This document shows, piece by piece, positions 12,093-24,246 of a stretch of DNA of 64,000 nucleotides. How positions within the stretch are numbered: position 1 is the stretch's first letter; every line of letters starts with the position of its first letter. This stretch comes from Octopus bimaculoides (lineage: Eukaryota): the NCBI RefSeq assembly GCF_001194135.2, contig NC_068985.1:126980446-127044445 (forward strand), written 5' to 3'. A program made the translations under genes and the position numbers. The notes beneath the pieces were generated by a model. That model was not told the origin of the DNA. It saw nothing but the letters and a program-made list of their open reading frames with translations, and ran no database searches.

Positions 12093-13099
12093 TCATTTAC
12101 CTGTCTGTCTACCTTTCTATCATCTGATTTTTCAAATTTTCATTGAGTTACTTTCTCATACTTCATTAATAGGCATACAGAAACACGCATATACATACAT
12201 ATACATGCATGCATGCATACATACGTAATTACCTGTCAGCATCTTTTATACCTTGCAATCAACTAAATTGCTTATGATAATCTGAAAATACAGCAAAAGA
12301 TGTACACAAGTAGTCTAGGTCTGTTCATTTTTATACATGCAGAATTGGAAAACAAAATGAGCAGCTTTAAAATCGTTTCAAAGCTCTTTAAATTCAATGT
12401 TAGTCTGTTTGTCTGTTTTCTCTGTCCTATGTCCCATCACCACTGGCTCTGTCGCTGCTGTCGACCAGCAAGATCAACACTTACCACCATCACTCCCTTC
12501 CTTCCACTGTCAGCAACTCTTTAATTTCTTTGTCTTGTTTTGCTCATGAAACCCATTTCTGCTGCTATTGTTGCAATGACATACTGTTCTCTGTTGAGTT
12601 CTTTGTAACAATCAAACCATTAAGCCCACTAAGACAGACATTGTAGGGAAATGTAAAAGATCTATACCACGTCTCTTTCGTCATTTGATGCAAAATGCAT
12701 GGTAGTTTCTCTTACTCCAAAGACCATTGATGAAACAGTCAACTAGATGCTTTTTGATTGGCATATTGTTCATTTACTTTTCATTTATCTGAAACTTTTT
12801 TTTTTTTTTTTTTTTTNNNNNNNNNNNNNNNNNNNNNNNNNNNNNNNNNNNNNNNNNNNNNNNNNNNNNNNNNNNNNNNNNNNNNNNNNNNNNNNNNNNN
12901 NNNNNNNNNNNNNNNNNNNNNNNNNNNNNNNNNNNNNNNNNNNNNNNNNNNNNNNNNNNNNNNNNNNNNNNNNNNNNNNNNNNNNNNNNNNNNNNNNNNN
13001 NNNNNNNNNNNNNNNNNNNNNNNNNNNNNNNNNNNNNNNNNNNNNNNNNNNNNNNNNNNNNNNNNNNNNNNNNNNNNNNNNNNNNNNNNNNNNNNNNNN

Positions 13100-13843
13100 T
13101 TTCTAGCACATCCTACGACCACCTGGGACCTTGTTTCTCATCGGCACCATGTGAGTCTGTGTGTGAGAAAAAGTATATTTACCTAAAATAAAAAAATTTT
13201 GAAAATTTATTTTTTTTCAACCCTTCCCTCCATTTGTTTCTGCTTATAATTCTAAAATATTGGAGAGTCTGATAAGGTCATTGCTGGGATTTATCCACAG
13301 TGATTTAAAAAAGGTGTGTGATTTTAAGAGACAAACTTTTTTGCCTCTTCATTTCTTTGCTATTCTGATATGTATTGATGTTTTTCAATTGTTTTGTACT
13401 CATAGACATTTTATGGTATGCTGATCCATTGCTGGGATTTAAGCAACAAAATAGTTTGTAATTTAAATTTTTACAGCAGCCCTCTTCCACCCTGCATCAA
13501 GCAAGCTTGCATGTGTAAGGAAAGACTTTTTACTAACAGAAAAGAATATTATTAAAATAAATACTTTTACATACCCTTTTTTTAAATCACTGGATAAATC
13601 CCAGCAATGATCTTTTCAGGCTTTCCAATATTTTGAATTGATAAACAGAAACAAACAAGGGGGTTGAAAAAAAATCATAAATTTTCAAACTTTTTTTTTA
13701 ATAACAGACTTTTCTGTTTTTAAATGCTTTTTCTTACATGTAATCTTGCTTGGCACTAAGAGAAATGAAAGGGACATTATGTAATCTTGCTTGGTGGAGA
13801 AGAAATGAGGAAGATATTAGGGAGTCGTAGGATGTGCTAGAAA
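13100..13843. mobile_element. Fold-back (MITE-like) element with long imperfect inverted arms
   Basis: TTTCTAGCACATCCTACGAC (13100-13119) is the reverse complement of 13824-13843. TCATTGCTGGGATTTATCCACAGTGATTTAAAAAAGG (~13279-13315) pairs with ~13575-13610. The left arm abuts a gap. Confidence 0.7.
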
Positions 13844-14894
13844 CAACAGCTAAATCTCTTTTAATTCACACACCTTTTCTTCTGAAAAGTTTTTTTTTTT
13901 TTTTTCAAACTGAAAAGTCCCCTCCCATTGTCAAGTGTGCAATGCCAAAAAAATTGGCCCAAATCAGTTTGATTGTGGAAAGAAAGTGGGTAAGAGAAAA
14001 ACCATAAATTTCCAAAAAATTAAGGCTGTGGTGAAAAAGGAAATTTAGAATAATCACTGTCAAAACAGAAAATCCAACTTAGGTGGGTGTCCTGATTCGT
14101 AACTCTGCTGAAAAAAATAAATTTAGGGAAAATGTTTTGATTAAAAGTATGTATAACAGAAAAAAATGAGAGGTTATGGATTAGGTTATAAGGAAGCATA
14201 CATACTCAATGAAGAAATAATAAATGTTTTTCTTTTTTTAAATTTTCATTTGTTGTCTGCAATTGGAAGTCTTGCTCTGCTTTCTTCAGTTCTACATTAT
14301 CAATTACTTCATTTCTTCCTATTTCTTATGCTTCTTACCACATTGTCAATTCAATTCAGTTATTTCTGTGTTGCCTCTTGTTATTTATTTGTTTTTTTTT
14401 CTTTCTTTTTTTGAATACATACAACAAATAAAGTTATTTTCATGTTAATGTCTGATGCAAATGACTTTTACTATCTATATTGGCATATTATAATGTTCAG
14501 TATATTTATTACATATCAAGAACATGAATTATATATAGTGAGAATGCTAGATGTGAAAACTTGATTAAAAGAGAGAAACTCTTGCCTTAGATGGACAAAC
14601 GGCTCTGTCTGTATGATGTTCCTTGTCTGGAGAAAATATGGTATTTAAGCTTTTTATGAAGAATTGCTGGACTTCAGGCTGCGACTCATAGAGGCTTTCT
14701 CTGTATTAAATAGATGTAACCACTGTAAACTGGCATTCAAATATCTTATCTGCATGATCAGTTGATGAAACTTAGCTGTGGACTGTACGTTGTTGACACA
14801 AGCCATCACCATTTCTCTGGAATTTCAAATTTAACACTGTTTCATTTTTCAGCTGTGCCAGTAGTAAGAGCTGTATAACCGGTTTCAGTCATCT

Positions 14895-15118
14895 TTAACC
14901 CTTTAGCATTCAGATTCCTCTGTCAGATGTAATGCTTATTCATTCAGTGTTTTGAATTAATCATGCATTATCTCAGCTTTGAGGTTTTGGTAATGTGATT
15001 GCTTATTTTTAGAATGACGTTGTAGGGTAGGTGTGAGAAACTTGATCTGGATGGTTTGGAAATAAAACCGGTAGAATATTTGGGCCAGATAAAGCCAGTT
15101 TAAATGCTAAAGGGTGAA
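14895..15118 (+). mobile_element. piggyBac-type MITE (~220 bp, TTAA-CCCTTTAGCATT...AATGCTAAAGGG-TTAA family)
   Basis: TTAA followed by CCC-starting terminal inverted repeats. The same internal sequence recurs at 27300, 27981, 29406, 31493, 40365 and 44992. Confidence 0.8.
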
Positions 15119-15268
15119 ATGGAGGCTAAACAGCTGTGTGACTGGACTGTACCCATGAGATTTTGTTGATCTATATAAATTTTAACTCTCCTGTTAAAAC
15201 TAATACATTCTTTGCGGCTTGTTGGTCTGAAAGAAAATGTGTGTTAATGAAGAGTAGTAGTAGTAGTA

Positions 15269-15305
<37 letters not shown>

Positions 15306-16593
15306 AATATTTGTACAGTGTTGATCAACTGCTCACTGTTTTGCACATATTTTCTTCATCCATCCATTTATTATGTTAGTCTATAATGTGAACAACGTAT
15401 TAATCCAAAATACAATTCTGAGAAAGTATTATTAAGAACAAATCAGAATTTTTTTTCTTTTTTTTTCAATACATACAACAAATAAAGTTATTTTCATGTT
15501 AATGTCTGATGCAAATGACTTTTACTACTATATTGTATTTAGGTAGCTTTGAGAGAGCAACAGGTGTTTTGCTCAAAGATAATTTAAGGGACTTTCATCC
15601 ATACCTTAATCTGAACATTGTCTGTATACCATGAAAACTACAATTTTTTTATTTTTTATTATGTAGCTGTAAAACCTGAAAATAAGTTGTCAAGGCAGTA
15701 ATAATACTTCAATTACAGTCTTTACAAATGTTTGGGCTACAAAATATGCTATAATTTCTCATTGCACATAGTCAAAACAGCATCACAGAGGTTAGGGTGT
15801 CTGTTCAAAGCCAGGAAATATGTAATCTCTGAATAGCTGTCGTACTTTTCCTAAACAACAAATGCATACTATTATACATTTAGATCAGAGCATCTTTGTT
15901 CGTTCATGCAATCACTCCAGTCTCAAAAAGAGAGAAGTTGAGAACACAATAGATTTGAAAATTAATGCACCTCAATTTGTTTGCTTTTTTTTTTAATGTC
16001 TGGACAGAGGAGCTATGTCCATTGCCTGTGCAGGCCCTCTAAAACTGGTAAGATGTTCCTATTGGCTATATGAAAGTTGTGGATGCAAGAGGGTTGATAT
16101 ATAGAGGAAGACTTGGGTGTGATAGTGCAGGGCCTGGTAAGATGTGGAGGATTTTTTCTGTTGCTGTCACATTCTTTGAAGATTTAAAATCGAATGAAAA
16201 TTTTCAAATTTGGTATATTGATGTAATTTTTCATGTTGAATCTGATGTTATTCACTTGTTCCTTAAAATTGTTTAGAAAAATGTTACAGCGGTTTAAAGT
16301 TTTATCATTTTTACCCAATCAGAAAGCAGGATTTGGAAGTTGGCAAGTTTAAATGAATAAAGTTATGTGAAATGTTGGAACAGGCAGTGTAAAGAAAAAA
16401 TCCTCAATGAAATTTTTTTGCGAAAATTGCAAGAAAAAAAACCCCCTGTTAAATTGCCAAAAAAAAAAAAAACCTGTTATACTACTGTACTTCAGGTCAT
16501 GTAAACAATACATTTTGTTTAAAAAATTCGAAAACAGAAGTTTGCGATAGACTCTAGGAGTTACCCAGACAAATAATTTTCATATCTGCTGCA

Positions 16594-16821
16594 TCATAAA
16601 CTCTTGTGGGTCCCACATTGGCTAGTATAAAATGAGTGAATAAATGACAATGTGCTTTCCACTTGTTGTGTATGGAGACCATCTTTGGAGTTAAACTCAA
16701 TGCTGTGGTCCACTTTTCTATGTTGAAAATTATAACCATCAATTTTGGGAGTGTGAGAGTAGGCCCTCCACCAGTTACAGAAAATAGTTGTTCCTGGAAG
16801 AATCGATTGACATGCATTTCC
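16594..16821 (-). pseudogene. Merlin / IS1595(ISXO2)-like transposase fragment
   Basis: Manual translation of 16812->16594 gives CQSILPGTTIFCNWWRAYSHTPKIDGYNFQHRKVDHSIEFNSKDGLHTQQVESTL..., resembling the ISXO2 motifs I.PGTTI.SD.WRAY, H..VNHS and HTQ.IES. The fragment is truncated on its N-terminal side by a MITE-like insertion. Confidence 0.65.
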
Positions 16822-16827
16822 CTAGTG

Positions 16828-17150
16828 CAGTGGCTCTCAACCAGGGTCCACATAGTCCCTGAATTTCCAAATGAGATTTTGGGGGTCCATGCAACAAAAT
16901 AGTAAATTGGAGCTCCATAAGAGTATTTTTAAGGGCTCCTGAAAAAATTTGCTTTAGATGTCTGTATTTGTATCTATTGCAAAAAAAAAAAAAAAGGCTA
17001 GATTTCTTTCTCTAACACTTTACATAGTTCAAAGAATTTTGAAGGAAGTTTCTTTGAAATTAGTTTTTTAAACATTGAATGGTTATGGGGTTCCACCAGA
17101 ATACAATAGTAATCAAAGGGTTCCTAGATGAGAAATGTGCTCAAGTGCGT
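16828..17150. mobile_element. hAT-like MITE remnant
   Basis: Begins CAGTGGCTCTCAACC, matching the hAT/Charlie-type terminus CAGTGGTTCTCAACC. The right terminus is degenerate. Confidence 0.45.
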
Positions 17151-17358
17151 GAATGTTATGTTGTCACAGTTTGAGCACAGTATTGCTAATGTTAACATGA
17201 TAATTGGCTACTCTGCATTTTTGAAGACTTGTTGAATATAAAAAATCCTTTACCTAGGGGATGGTGAGAGAAAGAACATCTGGTTGTAAAATCCTGCCTC
17301 AAAATCAGTTCTCATCCAAGCCATGCTTGGAACAAGCATGGAACAATATATATACATA

Positions 17359-17965
17359 TTAGAAATAGAGAATGCACAAACAAAACATGTGGTATCACTT
17401 TAGAGCATTTAATTTGTTATCTAAATATAGTACAGAGTAGTTATGGTAAATATGTAAAGTCTCTCACAGCAGGTTCTAGAATAGCTAAGTGTGTAGAGTA
17501 TATGTTATTGAGCAAAGATTTCTATGTAAGCTAACTATTCTGTGATTGGAGAGAGAGAGAGAGAGAGAGAGAGACAATGAATGTCCTTAATCAAGGATAT
17601 TTGTACTTACCAAATTATTGAAGAACTGTCTTAAACTCATTTAGTAAGGATTTCATAAACTCTTCAATCATGGAGTTACCAACCACAATTATCTTTATAC
17701 ATACCTTAGATCTTCAACAATTTGGTAACTAATAATGTCCTTAATTAAGGATATTCTCTATTTCTCTCTCTCTTTCTGATGACAGTATAGTTAGCTTACA
17801 TGAAAATCCTTGCTCAATAACAGGTGTTCCACATGTTTAGCTATTTCTTGAAACTGCTGTAAGGGACTTTACATTTTTTTCTATAACTACAATGTACTGT
17901 TTAAATTATAAATTAAATCCTGTAAAGTGATACCACATGTTTTGCTTGTTTATCTCTATTTCTAA
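17359..17965. mobile_element. ~600-bp fold-back (MITE-like) element
   Basis: TTAGAAATAGAGA...AAACATGTGGTATCACTT at the left pairs with AAGTGATACCACATGTTTTG...TCTCTATTTCTAA at the right. The arms match imperfectly over ~190 bp. Confidence 0.7.
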
Positions 17966-18156
17966 GATATATCTATCTGCCCTACAATGAACTTACATCT
18001 GACCATCCTTGATAGGCTGCCTTGACACCAACTTCCTTTCTGTTGCATTTCAAGCTGGAGTTTTAGTGAAAACCAAACCGAGCACTTAAAGTACATACCT
18101 ATTACATTACATTATTAGAATTTAAATCTTTTATATATGTATAGATATATATATAA

Positions 18157-18174
18157 ATGGCGAGCAAGGACACA
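18157..18174 (+). CDS. Candidate NOL9 start exon (MASKDT), speculative
   Basis: ATG in AAATGGCG context followed by a GTATTT donor in phase 0; no homology support. Confidence 0.25.
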
Positions 18175-18288
18175 GTATTTCATTTTATAAGCATAATATA
18201 CTACCAAGTATATTAAAAGTTTGTTAATATCGTCTGATGATGATGGTATTACAATGCTTTCATTTTAACGTTTATAAATTTTCTATAG

Positions 18289-18335
18289 AATTCCGAGCCA
18301 GCACTGCAAATGATGGCATTTTATAAGCAATGGAT
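18289..18335 (+). CDS. Candidate NOL9 second exon (NSEPALQMMAFYKQW), speculative
   Basis: TTTTCTATAG acceptor with an upstream TTTAAC branch-like motif. The 47-nt open exon ends AT|GTATAT in phase 2, which is the phase required by the 22578 exon. Confidence 0.3.
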
Positions 18336-20331
18336 GTATATACATATTTCAAGAGTTATTGCTCTTTTATCAGCATCACATCCAACCCATCAACTATCCA
18401 TGAATGCATTGCTTAAATACCTACCAAATTTAATGGTGTAACACTATTGGATAGACCAATTTACATATTAAACTCATCTCATTCTTAACAACTGGTTCAT
18501 AAACATTAATTGTTAACAATGACAAAATTTCATTCTGTAACCATAATATACTATCCAGTACATTGATGGTGTATGAAATGTAACTTGCAGTATTGGCTCT
18601 TAATCCTATAGAAAATCTATAAGATCAACGAAAAAAGTACTCCATCTGGTGTGAGAAATATTTAATAAGCAATATGTTTTACGTGCTACTATTAGTTTCA
18701 TGTGCTTAGAGCATACCAGATAGTATTTTTAAATACGTCTGGTGTCTTATATTGATGATTGTATTAGGATACCAGGCATTTAAAATACTGTCTGGCATGT
18801 TATCAGCACATGAAGCTAAAATGAGAGGACACCTTTAATAATCTAGTTCCAGATACGCTATTCTTGAATATGGCCATTAAGCTTATGATTGTAGTGTTTG
18901 TCCCCCACTACTATCAGACAACCAGTGTTGGTTTGTTGATATCTCCATAGCTTAGTGGTTCAGCAAAAGAAACTGATAGAATAAATACTGAGGTTGATAT
19001 GTTCAACTAAACCCTTCAGATCGGTGCCCCAACATGACTACAGTCATGAATGGCAGATGGAAGCTCCATCTCTTCATGTTTCTGTTACAGCATCTCTTCC
19101 CTTGAAGTAGTTTCACTCTGCAGTGAGACATGTTCAAAATATTTCTAAACTCGGGTCACTCAGGTTTGTAATGGCGATGCACAATAGATTCAATCAATCC
19201 CAAAACATGGTGGGGTTTTATTTTATAAACTCTAAGTTGATATTATATTCTATTTAGTCCAGCTGAGGTGTTTTTGTAGCCCCAGGTCAGCTTTGATAGA
19301 GTAGATCTATGATTAAAGGCATTCCAATTATGACCATTTTATCTTTTCTATGTTTCTAGGACTGTTATCTCACATGTCTTTTCTGTTTTAAGACAGTAGT
19401 GGTGTGGTTTGAAGGCAATTTGACTACTACTTCTAGCAGACTAAGCCAACTGCATTGAGGCTCCTTCATTAGTTGTAGTTTAAATATGTACCATTTAAAA
19501 TGATTTTGTATCTAACCGTTCCATATTGGCATTTGAGTGTAAAGGGAGTCCTATAATTGGGAGCTTTTTAATAAAGGTTTTCATGTCTTGATCTTGCCAT
19601 AGGTTTACCACCCTGGAAACAAATAACTGAACTTAATCTTAGTCTGCTAGAAGTAGTTGTCAAATCTCCATCGTAAAGCAAGAGGGACATGTGAGATAAT
19701 ATAGTCGTAGAACATTGGAGAAAAGATAAAATGTTTGTGACTGGAATGCCTTTGATCATAAGTCTGTTCAATCAAATGCGATTCTTTATCACCAAAGGTC
19801 TCTTGCTGTTAATTATTTCTCAAAATGTGAGAAGGGCACAAATTTGTAGATCTGCTATGTAATCCACAGATTTAATGCTAGTATATGCTGGGGAAAGGAA
19901 AGGCAAAGTCAATCCTGGGGGAATTTGTATTCTGAAGTTACAGGATATAACTCAAAAATGTAAAAAGTGGTGCTCCAGCATGGCTGCAGTCCAATCACTG
20001 AAACAAAGGTACATGCATTTAGTGTTGCAATGCAGTTTGATGTCCATGAGATAGTGGAAGCTTGTGCACAGAATAGGTTGTTGTATAGTCGCCATCTCAT
20101 TTAACCTTTAATTAGATCTATATGCCAGTTCCAATGACAGGATGAGTTGGGGGTGGTTATTAGAGAACACTAGGCTGAAGTTGAGTACTGAAATGAATTT
20201 TGCATACCTCCATGAGAGAAGTGGGTTAAACTACTGGCTAATGAATCTATTTGTCAATTTTTCAGTGTCACAGCTGCCTACAGAGTACTTACTATTTTCA
20301 GCAAGGTGGACTGAGTTAGGGTAATGTTTAT

Positions 20332-21060
20332 ATTCATGGTGCGGTGAATAAACTGTTGTTTAAATTACGCAAGAATGAAAATAACACTGACATCTCATTT
20401 TAAGATATATTTACCAAAATTACATAAAAAATTTTTTAAATACTAAAGAGTAAATTTATTCAATATAATCGCCATTGGCTTCAACCACGACCTTTGGAAT
20501 CTCCTGCAACTTTTTTGGACAGTCTCCTTGTTTAAGTTGGTGAATACTGCCATAATCCTTGCCTCCAGTTCATCTTTGGTGTTACAAGAAATTTTATTTG
20601 TCTCTTGCTCAACTGCACCCGACATAATAATCAAGGGAGTTGCAGTCTGGGGAGTTAGGTGGCCAGATGTTAGGGGTGGTGTGGTCACAGAAATTGTGTG
20701 ACAGCCAGGACTGGGTTCTCCTGCTTGTGTGGCATGGGGCAGAGTCCTGTTGCCAGACGGTTTTCTAGCAGCCCCCTCCTGACCCAGGGCAGCCCTACCT
20801 TCTCCAAGCACTTGATGTAGGCCTCCGTGTTGAGTCTAAGACCATGCGGGAAGATGAATGGAGGTATAACATCATCACTCCAAGCACCATTATGTTAACT
20901 GGATGTCTAATTTTACCACTCTCAGTACATGTCCTCAAATTGACACCCAAACACTCTGAAATGTTCATGTTGGAGTTTCCTGTGCAAATGACAAACAGTA
21001 CAGCATGTCATTTCCAAATTTTTGGCCCAGTGAATTGCATCATGGTGCTTTTTTTCTCAC
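20332..21060 (-). mobile_element. Degraded Tc1/mariner-superfamily transposase C-terminal relic
   Basis: Minus strand reads WPPNSPDCNSLDYY, then after a frameshift GAVEQETNKISCNTKDELEARIMAVFTNLNKETVQKSCRRF. This is the WP..SPD.NP.D motif plus the C-terminal helix of Tc1-like transposases. Confidence 0.8.
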
Positions 21061-21222
21061 AGACAGTCCCCAACTGACCCTACTACATTGTATAGTTGAC
21101 AAAATCAAAAACATGTGCATGTGTGAAATTAAAAATATAAAATGGCGACAATTTACCCATCACACTCTATGTATATATATATATATATACACATATATGT
21201 GTTGGAGGTGATGCACAGGAAT

Positions 21223-21462
21223 TATATAAAAGAAAAAATAATAAGGTACTCAGATATCTGGATGGTTGTACATTTACAGATTTTTATTAATATGTGACAT
21301 GTTTTATAAATATTAGCGCTTGCACCTATTCTTGTAAGTTTTTCAAATATTGAAAAACCCAGAAGAATAGCTGCAAGCGCTAATATTTATAAAGTGTGAC
21401 ATTAATAAAAATCTTTAATGTACAACCATTCAGATATCTGAGTACCTTATTATTTTTTCTTT

Positions 21463-21468
<6 letters not shown>
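21223..21468. mobile_element. TA-flanked fold-back MITE (~245 bp)
   Basis: TATATAAAAGAAAAAATAATAAGGTACTCAGATATCTG pairs with CAGATATCTGAGTACCTTATTATTTTTTCTTTTATATA. The arms are ~100 bp and the element sits among (TA)n. Confidence 0.75.
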
Positions 21469-21499
<31 letters not shown>

Positions 21500-22577
21500 G
21501 AGTGCTTCAGTTGGTCATGGTTTACCATTCATCTGCTCATGTGGAGGCTGGCACATGATATTTTTGAAGAAGACTGGAAATTGCTCATGCATACAAGTTT
21601 CCCTTTTCCATGCCATCAATATTTATCCAAGAGAAAAGCTGCTGCTTTGGGCTGATACTGCTTGGCACCAGTTTTGTTGCAGGTTTTGCTGTCAGAAGAA
21701 CGAAGAGCTGAAACAGATACTGTCAGACATCTCGCCTGACCCTAGGACAGTTTTTCTAGTTTACTGCCCTCAGTTGGTACTTTTTATCAACCCTGAAAGG
21801 ATGATAATACACTTGGTATACCACAAATTACACAGGGGATCTGATATGTAGTTTGTATACTGTTAATGTTTGTAAGAGTTTGTGTATCATCTTGCAGAAG
21901 CTAATTATGCTGGACTTTGGTACATCTTCAGTCAGGTTTCTGGTCACTGACAACACAATGTTCCACTCATATTCTAAATGAGAGAAAAATGTTTTTGGGA
22001 ATGTGCTTAAAATGTAAGTATTATACCTGGGTTACATATTTTATTTTTAAGAATAATCACACCTGCTTTGAACATTGTACACCTTCACAATGCTTCCTTG
22101 AGATTTTCCAACTCCTTATGAACTCAGCATCCCAAAGTGGACTGCTTATATAGATCAGCAATTATTACTTTGTATAAAGGCTGGGTTTCCTTTTTATGTC
22201 CTGAATATACTTTAATTCAGAACAATCGTTAACTTTTTACATGACATAAGTGTGCACATGCATATCTATGAGTTTGAGATTTCAGCTGCTGCAAACAAAT
22301 GAGACTGCATTGCAGAAAATAAAGCCATGAGACTGATGAAAAAACCTTCACTTACCAACGGGTGAGAACCACTAGCTCAGTGTAAGAAAATCTTTATCTA
22401 TTCATATATTTTACTGCACATGTTTCCTTAGTAGTCAGCTAATTGTCATATTTGCACTGCTTGATTTTGAGGATCATCTGAGAATGGCCAGCCTTCCCAT
22501 TGATTCACCAACTCAATACTACAACAAGCTAATAATGAAAAATTCCTACTTATTTAACTTATTTGTTTATTTTTCAG

Positions 22578-23107
22578 GCATATCTGGATAGCTCGATGTG
22601 AAGACCAAGCCATTGTAAATCTCAAACACCCATTGGAAAGTAACTTGGCTGGATTCTGTGAAATCAGTGTTTTATCTGGTTGTATTTGCATATTAGATGC
22701 AAAAATAGTGCCAGATGGACAATGGCATCCATTATATTCTCCACACGACCATACACCTCTCAAGTTGATGACTCTACATTCGTGTGGTAAGGATGGTCTT
22801 GCCAGCACCAAAAAGAAAGTTGCATTGATGCTTTCAGAGTCAGACAATTTTGTAAACAGAATTGATTCTAATTCAGTAATTCTGTTGGTCCGTCGGCTTC
22901 GGTGGGCTTTCACTGATTACATAAGCACCATTCGTCCATATCAGAGTCTCTTTCAAGGACTGAAGGAGGAAGACAAAACTACATGTAACCAGACCCTTCA
23001 GCCATTTGGTATAGGTTTCATTGCTAAATCAAATATGCCAGATTATACTTCTTCAGCTGAGGAAGAGCATTTTATAGAAAAATGGGAGTCATTTATAAAA
23101 AGTAAAG
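22578..23107 (+). CDS. NOL9: NOL9 exon (N-terminal domain)
   Basis: TTTTCAG acceptor; open frame HIWIARC...LAGFCEISVLSGCICILD...WHPLYSPHDH...KWESFIKSK; G|GTTTGT donor joining in frame to the 28288 exon (GAG, Glu). Confidence 0.8.
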
Positions 23108-23804
23108 GTTTGTTACAAATTTCTGCTCTCTGTTCACCCATTTTAAAAAGCGTTTTGTATGCTTCTGTTCTTTGTATTCTTTCACTTCTTTCAGTTAGTG
23201 AACTGTGGCCATATTGGAGTAACAACTTCAGTTTAAATTGCCCCCACCACAGCATTCATTTCAATTTGGTACTTATTTTATTGATCTCTATCAAACCATT
23301 AAGTTATGGTACTTAAAGAAATACAACACAAACAGCACAGATACACACACACACTGAGTTCACTTTTTTCTGTTAATTTAATTTTATTTGTTTGGTTTAT
23401 TAGAAGCCCAGTGCTTATGTATTTAAGGTGTAGGCTGTGGATCAAATGATTAAAGAGTTAAAGCCTTCTCTTAGGAAAGCCAATGACCGAGTGTCTATGA
23501 TGTTGCTTGAACTGCTAGAAATAGCAGCCAAATCTACCTCAGATTACATCCTGTATCTTCAAAATAGAAGACATAATGGATGATTTAGACCTAGATATGC
23601 ATTGTTCAAGATAAAGATGAGATGGTTATTGCTTGACTACTTCCTTATCTCAGATCTGCTGAGTTGAGACTAGCATGAAGGATAAACATTAACAATAACT
23701 ACAACCAGTCTACTTGCTTTTGTTGGTGCTAAGAAGTGACCCAAACATGTTAGCTTGGGAAAATAATTGTAAATTAAAAAATATTTTTCTAGGAACACTG
23801 TATG

Positions 23805-24138
23805 TCGTCGTCGTCGTTTAACGTCCGCTTTCCATGCTAGCATGGGTTGGACGATTTGACTGAGGACTGGTGAAACCAGATGGCTACACCAGGCTCCAAT
23901 CTGATTTGGCAGAGTTTCTACAGCTGGATGCCCTTCCTAACGCCAACCACTCAGATAGTGTAGTGGGTGCTTTTACGTGTCACCCGCACGAAGGCCAGTC
24001 AGGCGGTACTGGCAACGGCCACGCTCATCTCGCTTGAAAAACCTCATGTGTCACCTGCACAAGAGCCAGTTCAGGGGCACTGGCAACGATCTCGCTCGAA
24101 AATCCTATGACGGCCCCGCACAAGAGCCAGTTCAGGGG
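23805..24138 (-). mobile_element. RTE-family 3'UTR/tail fragment
   Basis: GTCGTCGTTTAACGTCCGCTTTCCATGCTAGCATGGGTTGGACG..., near-identical to the 7642 copy. Confidence 0.8.
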
Positions 24139-24209
24139 NNNNNNNNNNNNNNNNNNNNNNNNNNNNNNNNNNNNNNNNNNNNNNNNNNNNNNNNNNNNNN
24201 NNNNNNNNN

Positions 24210-24246
<37 letters not shown>

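Noticed and set aside
15997-16053. ATG TCT GGA CAG...ACT G|GTAAGA as a NOL9 first exon
   Set aside because: The donor is good but in phase 1, which is incompatible with the phase-2 requirement at 22578, and there is no homology support.
23108-23316. Hydrophobic C-terminal part of ORF 22633-23316 (possible membrane segment)
   Set aside because: It lies beyond the G|GTTTGT donor at 23107 that joins in frame to the P-loop exon, so it is best explained as intron read-through.
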